This document shows positions 8,127-15,719 of a stretch of 26,387 nt of DNA, piece by piece; the stretch's first letter is position 1; every line of letters starts with the position of its first letter. This stretch comes from Candidatus Omnitrophica bacterium UBA1562 (GTDB taxonomy: Bacteria > Omnitrophota > Gorgyraeia > Gygaellales > Profunditerraquicolaceae), in the NCBI GenBank assembly GCA_002322525.1, contig DCOU01000038.1:1-26387 (forward strand), read 5' to 3'. Under the pieces are notes generated by a model, which was given only the letters and a program-made list of their open reading frames with translations, was not told where the DNA came from and did no database searches. The position numbers and the translations under genes were made by a program.

Positions 8127-8207
8127 TTAAAATATGCCTCGCATATTAAGATACAACAAAGTAGGGAATATTACAACTGCTTTCTGTCCGCATTGATTAC
8201 AAAACAT
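8127..8207 (-). pseudogene. Possible gene stub MFCNQCGQKA... (hcp-like or zinc-ribbon N-terminus)
   Basis: An RBS-like AGGAAG precedes the ATG at 8207. The 26-codon ORF has a recognisable CxxC only in its first 10 residues. Confidence 0.35.
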
Positions 8208-8218
8208 CTTTTGCTTCC

Positions 8219-8939
8219 TTATAAGTATATCTTTTCTGCCAAGTCCTTACCCGCCTGAGTAAGAAATATCTTATTAAGTAACGCCGCGGTTTTTTCTTTA
8301 TCTTTGCTGTCCACTTCATCCTTTAAATTCACCAGCCAGTCCGCATCGTATAATACCTTAAAATTTTGCGTATTGATTTTGCCAGGGGTATGATGCTGGG
8401 CGATAATTTCGCAAATCTCATCAATATCTTCTTTTTTAAACCCGACCTTAAGCAGGATAATTCTCGCAATCTCTGGACCCTCCTTTTCCTGAAAATGACC
8501 TGCGCTTGAGCCATATTTTTCTTCTGCCACCTTTATTCCCATATCATGCAGGATACTTGCGGGAATAACGATATACCAGTCTGCCTTTTCTTGTTTTAAG
8601 AGTTCCTCGGCAAAATGCATCACGTTTTTGGCGTGGTTTATCCGTTTTATATCACTCCCAAAATACTCTTCTAACTCTTTCAGGAGTTTTTGTTTTGTGG
8701 TTATAACTTTATTGCGCATATATTTGCTGTAGACCTTAAGACCCCAGACATCCCTGGGCATACCTACACTAGTCAAGGCAGCTTTGGCCTTCCTCGCGGA
8801 GAATAGTAGTTTTACAATGCAGGCAGGTTGCTTTAATCTCATCTGTCCATATCTCTATTTCTTGCAAACAGGATGGACATTTTATAATTTCCGGTTCAGG
8901 TTGTCTAAACCTTTGCGCTCCCGGACAGTTAGAAATCAC
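8219..8939 (-). pseudogene. Cys-rich (Zn-ribbon-like) domain + HD phosphohydrolase, disrupted by a TAG and a +1 frameshift
   Basis: GTG at 8939 overlaps the hcp stop. It reads MISNCPGAQRFRQPEPEIIKCPSCLQEIEIWTDEIKATCLHCK...SCLD*(8771-8769)CRYAQGCLG. An extra G in CTGGGGT (about 8741-8745) then shifts the frame; removing it gives CLGLKVYSKYMRNK and the HD domain (RINHA, ILHDMG, HHT, DADW). Confidence 0.82.
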
Positions 8940-10216
8940 TTTAATATCTCCTGCAAATCCTTTTCTGACTGGCTAATTAGCCGAAGATCAAATTTATCTC
9001 TTAAAACATTAAATACGCCTTTAGAGATAAATTCCGGCGCCACAGGCCCTATGTATATGCCTTTAATATTTAATGCTAAAAGTGACAATAAAATCGCAAC
9101 CGCCTTCTGCTCGAACCAGGTAAGCACAAGCGATACCGGCAGGCTATTTACGTCTGTATTTAATGCCTCTGCTAGCGCCTTTACTATCTCAATGGCTGAA
9201 TAGGCGTTATTACATTGGCCCAGATCTATCAGCCGAGGGATACCTTCAATTTCACCAAAGTCCAAATCATTAAACCTGTATTTACCACAGGCCAAGGTTA
9301 GAATTAAACAATCCTTTGGAACAATCCTGGCAAATTCCCGATAGTATTCACCTTTTTTGCCTGGCGTGTCGCAACCTCCTATAAGGAAAAAGTGTCTAAT
9401 CTTTCCATCCTTTATAAGAGAAATAAGCTTATCAGTCAATTCTAAAACGTTTCGGTAGTGAAAACCAGTTAAAATAGTAATGCCTTCTTTATTTTTTAAC
9501 CTTGACAATGATTGGGCCTTTTTGATTAAATCTGAGAAATCCATATTCTTAATATGCTTAACCCCTTTTATACCAGCAACACTACAGGTGAATAATCTGT
9601 CCCGATACGAGTCTTTGGGGAGAAGCACACAGTTTGTGGTGGCTAAGATTGCTCCTGGGAAATCATCAAATTCTTCTCTTTGTTTTGCCCAAGCTCCGCC
9701 CCAATTTGCGACCAAGTGTTTAAATTTCTTTAGCTCAGGATAGCTATGCGCTGGCAACATCTCTCCATGGGTATAAATATTTATTCCTTTGCCTTCGGTC
9801 TGCTTAATTAACTCATAAAGGTCTAAAAGGTCATGGCCAGTAACCAAAATACCGTGACCTTCTTTTGCCCCGGTTGAAACTTTAGTAACTTGGGGGAAAC
9901 CAAATCTTGCCGTATGCGCCCTATCCAGAATCTCCATCGCTTTTATATTCATCTGACCGGCTTTCAGCACATACTCTATAAACCTGTCAGCGTCAAAATT
10001 AACATTGGTCAGGGTAGTAAATAAGGCTTCGTTAATAAAGGAATCTATTTTCGCATCCGAAAAGCCCAGCCTTTTGGCATGGTAATTATAGGCAGCTATT
10101 CCTTTTAATCCAAATATAAGAATATCCTGCAAACTTGCCACATCCTCGTCTTTACCGCACACACCATGAACTTTACACCCACCAGGCATTGTCTGAGAAC
10201 ATTGATAACAAAACAT
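8936..10216 (-). CDS. hcp: Hybrid cluster protein (hydroxylamine reductase), short class III type
   Basis: MFCYQC-x7-C-x5-CGK, TLTNVNFD, GHDL, THGEMLPAH, TTNC, GGCD, LACG, GQCN and WFEQKA. 426 aa. RBS AGGAGG. Confidence 0.95.
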   Translation of the reverse strand: MFCYQCSQTMPGGCKVHGVCGKDEDVASLQDILIFGLKGIAAYNYHAKRLGFSDAKIDSFINEALFTTLTNVNFDADRFIEYVLKAGQMNIKAMEILDRAHTARFGFPQVTKVSTGAKEGHGILVTGHDLLDLYELIKQTEGKGINIYTHGEMLPAHSYPELKKFKHLVANWGGAWAKQREEFDDFPGAILATTNCVLLPKDSYRDRLFTCSVAGIKGVKHIKNMDFSDLIKKAQSLSRLKNKEGITILTGFHYRNVLELTDKLISLIKDGKIRHFFLIGGCDTPGKKGEYYREFARIVPKDCLILTLACGKYRFNDLDFGEIEGIPRLIDLGQCNNAYSAIEIVKALAEALNTDVNSLPVSLVLTWFEQKAVAILLSLLALNIKGIYIGPVAPEFISKGVFNVLRDKFDLRLISQSEKDLQEILK

Positions 10217-10228
10217 AAGAGCACCTCC

Positions 10229-11128
10229 TTAAATGAAGCCACAATTTACTGAACGAAGTGAACGTAAATTGTAGGGCTGAATTTTTACATTTCCCTTGAT
10301 ACCTATAGTAACTTCTTTAAAAGGTATTTTCTTCCCAGATAAATCTATTGCCTCTTTTACAATATGTACCAATCCAAAGCAACAAGGTACTTCCATATGA
10401 ACGCAAGTTATAGATTTTATATTGTTATTTTTAATAATCTGGGTAAGCTTTTCTTGGTAAAATTGAATATCATCTAACTTGGGACAGCCAATCAGTAAAA
10501 TCTTTCCTTTTAATAAATCTTGGTGAAAATCCGCATAGGCAAAAGGAACGCAATCAGCAGCGATCAAAAGATCAGCGTTTTCCAGATATGACGCCTGTGG
10601 CGGAACAAGCATAATCTGAACAGGCCAGGTTTTAAGCTGAGATTCCTGCTTTGCTCCTGTTTTCTTTTTTGTTAGAATGCTCTCTTTCTTGCTAAAATCC
10701 ATAACCTTAGAGCTGGGGCAACCGGAAAGGACAGAGATAGGATGTTGCTGTTTTCCAGATGAAGTGGTTTCTTTCAAGGGAATTTCTATGTTTTTTTCTT
10801 TTAGATAATCTATTGCCTGCTTAAGATATTTATCCTGGTTATGTTCTTTAAGGTGCTCAAAGTGAGCCTTTATTACGTTTTTCCCCTGCCTTATAATATT
10901 TTCCATAACTTTATTCTCATCGTAGGGCTCCGCTTCCCTTTCCTCTATAGTAATTGCACCTTGTGGACAGTGGCCAATGCAAGCGCCCAGACCATCACAA
11001 AATAAACCACTAATTAACCGTGCCTTATCATCAATAATCTGTAACGCCCCCTCGGGACAGTTAGGAATACATAAGCCGCACCCGTTACATTTTTTCTCAT
11101 CAATCTTTATTATCTTTCTTTTTGCCAT
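10229..11128 (-). CDS. 2x[4Fe-4S] ferredoxin-domain protein commonly found beside hcp
   Basis: CNGCGLCIPNCP and CDGLGACIGHCP, followed by GCP, WPVQI, AADC, GCPKLD and MEVPCC motifs. Confidence 0.9.
   Translation of the reverse strand: MAKRKIIKIDEKKCNGCGLCIPNCPEGALQIIDDKARLISGLFCDGLGACIGHCPQGAITIEEREAEPYDENKVMENIIRQGKNVIKAHFEHLKEHNQDKYLKQAIDYLKEKNIEIPLKETTSSGKQQHPISVLSGCPSSKVMDFSKKESILTKKKTGAKQESQLKTWPVQIMLVPPQASYLENADLLIAADCVPFAYADFHQDLLKGKILLIGCPKLDDIQFYQEKLTQIIKNNNIKSITCVHMEVPCCFGLVHIVKEAIDLSGKKIPFKEVTIGIKGNVKIQPYNLRSLRSVNCGFI
10238..10277. mobile_element. 40-bp palindromic element at the 3' end of the ferredoxin gene (tentative member of the same class)
   Basis: GCC-ACAATTTAC...GTAAATTGT-AGGGC, flanked by TGAA at 10234-10237 and 10278-10281. 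It supplies the atypical tail QPYNLRSLRSVNCGFI. Confidence 0.55.
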
Positions 11129-11131
11129 AAG

Positions 11132-11536
11132 TTAACTCCTCTTTAATAAGGAAGCTATGGTAATGGATTCTAATTTTGACGCTACATATTTCTCAATACC
11201 GTCTATTTTTCTTTTTAGTGGACAGGTATTCCTATTTGGACAGAGCTTCTTTTTAAAGATACATTCATTTAATTTTAATGGGCCCTGAAATATCTTTATT
11301 AAATCAACCAAAAATATCTTATTTACTGGAAGAGCTAAACTAAAGCCACCGCCATAGCCCTTGGAGGCCTTAAGAATACCCTTATTATGCAATGTTTGAA
11401 GGATCTTTCTCAAAAAAGGCCGGGGTATTTTCAATTCTTTTACTAAAGTTCCTACAGGGACTATTCTGGCTTTAGAATTTGCTATAAAGCAGAGCGCTCT
11501 TACAGCATAATCGGTATTACGCGTTATTAACTTCAT
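11132..11536 (-). CDS. Rrf2-family regulator (NsrR/IscR-like, three Cys), probably leaderless
   Basis: Start reassigned to MKLITRNTDYA at 11536. Motifs: LRKILQTL, ASKGYGGGFSL and C-x6-C-x5-C. Confidence 0.9.
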   Translation of the reverse strand: MKLITRNTDYAVRALCFIANSKARIVPVGTLVKELKIPRPFLRKILQTLHNKGILKASKGYGGGFSLALPVNKIFLVDLIKIFQGPLKLNECIFKKKLCPNRNTCPLKRKIDGIEKYVASKLESITIASLLKRS

Positions 11537-11542
11537 AAAGTA

Positions 11543-11570
11543 ATGATACCATATTAGTATCATATGTCAA
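11543..11570 (-). promoter_or_regulatory. Sigma70-type promoter with a 7-7-7 palindromic operator
   Basis: TTGACA (11570-11565), 16 nt, TATCAT (11548-11543), with the ATG 6 nt further on. Perfect IR ATGATAC-N7-GTATCAT (11543-11563). Confidence 0.75.
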
Positions 11571-11589
11571 GAAAAAAATATGATTTATT

Positions 11590-12257
11590 TTATTTCTTGT
11601 TCTTCAAGGTTTCGAGAACAGCGTTTGAGGCATTAGCAACAAACAGAGAGGAAATAAAGAGGCCGTATGCTGGTATAAACTTAAATACTAAAAATGCGGT
11701 TATTCCTGCAATGCTGCCAAAAGTAAACCCCGTTACACCCCACCCTGAAGTGAGGCATTCTGGGTGTAACGGGGTAAAACCTTTGGCTAGCCCAAGGCCT
11801 GATGTCTTGGGTTCAAGGATTAATCTGCTGGGTAAGCAATATATATCCCAAGGGCTATTATCAAGTAGATATTCGACTCTATGTTCCAGGTAAGGGGAAT
11901 CTTAAAAAGCGTAGCAGTAAAGAGCGCAAAGTTTGCCGGATTAAAGATGTGCCGCTCTTTATATCGGACAATGTTCTTAGAGATAATCGCCAATAGAGAA
12001 AAAATAAACAGGAAATACCAGGATTGGTGATAATCGATAATGCCTGCTACAATAAATCCAGAGATTATCGCACTCCTAGGTTTAACCCTTTGGTGAAAAA
12101 GAAATCGTTTAATAATAAAATCGCTGCTCGCAGCAATAAAGATACCTCCCAATACCCAGAGACTGAAACGCGGGCTTTCTTGAGGTAGTTTGACAAGAAA
12201 AAGAACACTTAATAGAATTATTAACTGATTTCTTTTATCGCTTAAAAATTTCCTCAC
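11590..12257 (-). pseudogene. Stand-alone RnfD/NqrB-like membrane protein, broken by an internal deletion/frameshift near 11835
   Basis: Frame 1 from the GTG at 12257: SAIISGFIVA...AIISKNI...RHIFNPANF, stopping at 11820. Frame 2: LILEPKTSGLG...GFTFGSIAG..., ending at TAA 11590. The expected middle segment appears missing. Confidence 0.75.
11728..11774. mobile_element. 47-bp palindromic MITE-like insertion, in frame in the RnfD-like gene
   Basis: Perfect 13-bp IR CCCCGTTACACCC/GGGTGTAACGGGG, flanked by TAAA at 11724-11727 and 11775-11778. 51 nt equals 17 codons with no stop on the - strand. Confidence 0.9.
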
Positions 12258-12362
12258 CCCGTTACAAATTTTATATACCTTTGTTTCGCTGCAATTACAT
12301 CCTTCCATTGTCATTTCAAAATCACTTTTATATTTTAGTATTTATCAGAATTTGTAACGGGG
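12257..12362. mobile_element. 106-bp palindromic MITE-like insertion at a stop/start overlap
   Basis: Perfect 14-bp IR CCCCGTTACAAATT/AATTTGTAACGGGG, flanked by CTCA at 12253-12256 and 12363-12366. Removal restores the GAGTGAGGAAA overlap (TGA stop / GTG start). Confidence 0.9.
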
Positions 12363-12363
12363 C

Positions 12364-12882
12364 TCACTCTTTGACTACTAACATTGCCTTCATCGTATTA
12401 TGGCCTTTGCCGCAATATATAGAGCACAAAATGTCAAATTCGCCATTTTTGTCTGCTACAAATTCTATCCTCTGCGTCTGGTCTTTTTTTACCGGCACAT
12501 TTATATTATATTCTTCAATATAGACTCCGTGTGGGACATCGCGAGATATAGCAAGTATTTTTGCGATATCACCTTTTTTAACTTCAATTACCTCGGGCGA
12601 GAAACCAAACTGATAAGCCTCTAAATTAAATTCTTTTATTTTTGTAATATACTTTTGCGGCTCTTTTTTAAACTCCTCTATGCACATCGGGCAGCAGAAA
12701 TAATAGGTCTTGCCCTCATAGGTATAGGAGTATTCTTTTGAGGCTGGTTCATGTATCACAGGGCAGATGCCTAAATTTTGTTGCACCTTACTTGCCTCTC
12801 GCATCATATGATGTCCTTCATTGGCATAAGTCAAAGTCAATCCTAAGGCCCATATTAAAATTATATTGAATATTAATCTCAT
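12364..12882 (-). CDS. Secreted YHS-domain + CuA-type cupredoxin protein
   Basis: Signal peptide, HHMM, a YHS motif (CPV...[24 protein letters not shown]), then DVPHG...[12 protein letters not shown] (H...C-x3-C-x3-H-x2-M CuA ligand pattern). RBS AGGGGGG. Confidence 0.88.
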   Translation of the reverse strand: MRLIFNIILIWALGLTLTYANEGHHMMREASKVQQNLGICPVIHEPASKEYSYTYEGKTYYFCCPMCIEEFKKEPQKYITKIKEFNLEAYQFGFSPEVIEVKKGDIAKILAISRDVPHGVYIEEYNINVPVKKDQTQRIEFVADKNGEFDILCSIYCGKGHNTMKAMLVVKE

Positions 12883-12896
12883 TTTATACCCCCCCT

Positions 12897-13229
12897 TTAG
12901 ATTAAAGAAAAAATATAGCCCAATACTAATGAACTAAGCGAGATGAATCCTAAATAAATCAATAAAATCTTCATTCCAAATTCTTTTTTCAGAACCAATA
13001 TTGTCCCATAACTGGTAATTGGGCCGGCTAATAAAAGAACCCTACCTGCACCCTCACTCAACCCCTGTTTTATAAAGGCATCTACCAAAGGAACAGTGGC
13101 AGTTGAGCAGATATACATCAAAAGGCCAAATACCAAAACAAAGAGATATCCCAAGAACCCTCAGCCGCCTTTTTTAAACAAAAATAACATCATCACCGCG
13201 ATTAATATTACACCTAACCATCCCGTCAT
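12897..13229 (-). pseudogene. Chimeric remnant: short membrane peptide, in-frame TGA, then the C-terminal part of a DUF318 permease
   Basis: ATG at 13229 reads MTGWLGVILIAVMMLFLFKKGG-TGA(13163-13161)-GFLGYLFVLVFGLLMYICSTATVPLVDAFIKQGLSEGAGRVLLLAGPITSYG... all in one frame. The second part matches the permease C-terminal MYxC...P...GP motif. Confidence 0.65.
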
Positions 13230-13240
13230 TTAGACTCTTT

Positions 13241-15715
13241 CTAAATATTCCTCCTATATCTTCTCATTAACAGAGAATTACCTACTACCGATACTGAACT
13301 AAACGCCATTGCCGCTCCGGCAATCATGGGATTCAAGAGAAATCCTGTAAATGGATACAATATTCCAGCCGCGATAGGAATACCCGCCGTATTATAAAAG
13401 AATGCCCAAAAGAGATTCTGTCTGATTTTCTTCATCGCGTAGCGGGATAAATCCATAGCCATCACTACATCTCTTAAATCATCTTTTATGAGAACAATAT
13501 CTCCTGACTCTATCGCCACATCTGTGCCCGTGCCTATAGCAATGCCTATGTCTGCTTGAGTTAATGCAGGGGCATCATTTATTCCGTCGCCCACCATAGC
13601 TACTTTTAAGCCTTCAGTTTGAAGCTTCTTAATCTCTTGGGCTTTATCTTTAGGAAGAACCTCAGCCAGAACTCGATCTATACCAACCTGCTTAGCTATA
13701 GCTTCTCCTGTTCGTTTATTATCTCCGGTTATCATAACAACCTGCTTGCCCATGCGTTTGAGTTTAGCCACCGCTTCTTTAGAAAACTCCTTTAAAGTAT
13801 CCGCTACCCCAACCACGCCTTTTAGCCGATTATTAACCGCAATCAACATTGCTGTCTTGCCTTCACTTTGCAATCTCTCCAAGTCCTCTATGGCTTGCGA
13901 TATGTCTATATTTCTTTCTTGCATCAACCTTTTGTTGCCTAAGAGAACCTGATTGTTATCAATTATCGCCCTAACCCCTTTGCCGGTTATAGATTCAAAA
14001 TCCTCTATATTTCGCAACTTTATATTCTTTTCTTGAGCGCCTTTTACAATTGCCTCTCCCAAAGGATGTTCAGACTTCTTCTCAACCGAGGCTGCTAATA
14101 TTAAAACCTCCTCATCTGAAACAGCATAAGAGACAACATCTGTAACCTTAGGCTCTCCTTTAGTTAAGGTTCCTGTCTTATCAAACACAATCGCCTTTAT
14201 TTGATGGGCAATCTGCAAGCTTTCTGCGCTTTTGATTAAAATGCCATTCTCAGCACCTAATCCAATTCCTACCATAACTGCAGTGGGTGTTGCCAGGCCC
14301 AATGCGCAAGGACAGGCAATAATAAGGACGGCAATAAAAACTGTTAAAGCAAATAAAAAATCTTTACCTACAAGTAACCAAATGATAAAAGCTAAAATTC
14401 CTATAACCATAACCCCGGGTACAAAATATGCGGACATCTTATCTGCCAGTTCCTGAATGGGCGCCTTAGACCCTTGAGCTTCCTCTACTAATTTTATAAT
14501 CTGGGCAAGAGCAGTATCTTTCCCAACCTTTGTTGCCTTAAATTTGAAACTGCCAGTTCTATTTATGGTTGCGCCTATTACTTGGCTTGCTTCTGTCTTC
14601 TCAATAGGGATACTCTCGCCTGTAATCATTGATTCATCAACACTGGAATGGCCTTCGGTTACTATCCCATCAACTGGAATCTTCTGGCCTGGCTTTACAA
14701 TCACAATATCGTCAACTGCGACCTCTTCTATAGGAATTTCTTTTTCTTGGCCATCTCTTAAAACTAAAGCTACCCTTGGCTGAAGACCAATTAGTTTTTT
14801 TATAGCTTGTGAAGTCTTGCCTTTGGCAATTGCCTCTAATAGTTTACCTAATAAAATAAAGGCGACCAAAAAACCTGCAATTTCATAATATAGATTTTTC
14901 ATGGTAAAGACCGTTGGGCCTAGCCACATTGCTATTGAAACATAAAGACTATAAAGATAAGCTGCTCCTACGCCTAAAGCTACCAAGGTGTCCATATTAG
15001 CGGTTTTTGTCCGAATTACTGCGATAACTCCCTTAGTAAAAAATTGGTAACCCGCAAACATAATGGGAGTACAAAGAAGAAATTGGATAAACGCCATACG
15101 TTGTTTTATAAATGGGGCAAGGGGAAGTTTAAGTCCGCTGGCCATGGTAAAATACATCAGCGGCACTGCTAAAATAATTGAAACAGTAAACTTGATTTTA
15201 AGACTTCGGATCTCTTTTTCTCTCACCTCTTTTTCAACATCAACTGTAGCCCCTGCTTCTTCAATCGGCGTGTAGCCAGCTGCCTTAATGGTTTCTTTAA
15301 TTTTCTCTGCTAAGATAATTGAGCTATCATATATAATTTTTGCTTTTTGATTAACGAATAATTCTTTTTTAATTATGCCCTGAAGAGAATTCAAGGCTCC
15401 CTCAACCGTGCTGAGGCAATGGGGATTATCCATACCAATGACCTTAAGGCTTAAAGTTGTCTTACCTTTTTCCTCTCTAACTTTTTCTGGCATAATCGTT
15501 TTATATCCGGTTTTAGCAATTGCCTGATGTAATTCTTGGGGAGTGATTTTTGTAGGGTCGTATTCAATATAGGCCTTTTCGCTAGTAAAATTTACTTTTG
15601 CACTTATTACCCCAGGTGTTTTCTTTAGGGCGTTCTCAATAGTTACCACGCAACTTGCACAATGCATACCCATAATACCGATGATTATTCTTTCCTTAGT
15701 AGGATTTGTAGCCAT
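13241..15715 (-). CDS. copA: Cu(I)-exporting P1B-1 ATPase with two N-terminal HMA domains
   Basis: [47 protein letters not shown] in TM7 and MAFSS in TM8. Confidence 0.97.
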   Translation of the reverse strand: MATNPTKERIIIGIMGMHCASCVVTIENALKKTPGVISAKVNFTSEKAYIEYDPTKITPQELHQAIAKTGYKTIMPEKVREEKGKTTLSLKVIGMDNPHCLSTVEGALNSLQGIIKKELFVNQKAKIIYDSSIILAEKIKETIKAAGYTPIEEAGATVDVEKEVREKEIRSLKIKFTVSIILAVPLMYFTMASGLKLPLAPFIKQRMAFIQFLLCTPIMFAGYQFFTKGVIAVIRTKTANMDTLVALGVGAAYLYSLYVSIAMWLGPTVFTMKNLYYEIAGFLVAFILLGKLLEAIAKGKTSQAIKKLIGLQPRVALVLRDGQEKEIPIEEVAVDDIVIVKPGQKIPVDGIVTEGHSSVDESMITGESIPIEKTEASQVIGATINRTGSFKFKATKVGKDTALAQIIKLVEEAQGSKAPIQELADKMSAYFVPGVMVIGILAFIIWLLVGKDFLFALTVFIAVLIIACPCALGLATPTAVMVGIGLGAENGILIKSAESLQIAHQIKAIVFDKTGTLTKGEPKVTDVVSYAVSDEEVLILAASVEKKSEHPLGEAIVKGAQEKNIKLRNIEDFESITGKGVRAIIDNNQVLLGNKRLMQERNIDISQAIEDLERLQSEGKTAMLIAVNNRLKGVVGVADTLKEFSKEAVAKLKRMGKQVVMITGDNKRTGEAIAKQVGIDRVLAEVLPKDKAQEIKKLQTEGLKVAMVGDGINDAPALTQADIGIAIGTGTDVAIESGDIVLIKDDLRDVVMAMDLSRYAMKKIRQNLFWAFFYNTAGIPIAAGILYPFTGFLLNPMIAGAAMAFSSVSVVGNSLLMRRYRRNI

Positions 15716-15719
15716 AGGT

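Noticed and set aside
6329-8514. Minor alternative - strand frames (6584-6769, 8329-8514)
   Set aside because: They are nested in trxB and HD in other frames, with no homology cues.
8769-8771. In-frame TAG as pyrrolysine or recoding
   Set aside because: It falls at an expected Trp (TGG, one substitution away) and is followed by a frameshift. No pyl genes are present in the window.
8720-8842. Track start of the HD ORF at 8842
   Set aside because: The region is better explained by the Cys-rich domain in another frame.
12258-12314. MTMEGCNC... N-terminus of ORF 11820-12314 as a Cys motif
   Set aside because: It is encoded by the interior of the inserted element. The native start is the GTG at 12257.
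6212-13154. The two permease fragments as halves of one gene split by an insertion
   Set aside because: The order is wrong: the C-terminal piece is upstream of the N-terminal piece in transcription direction, so they are separate remnants.
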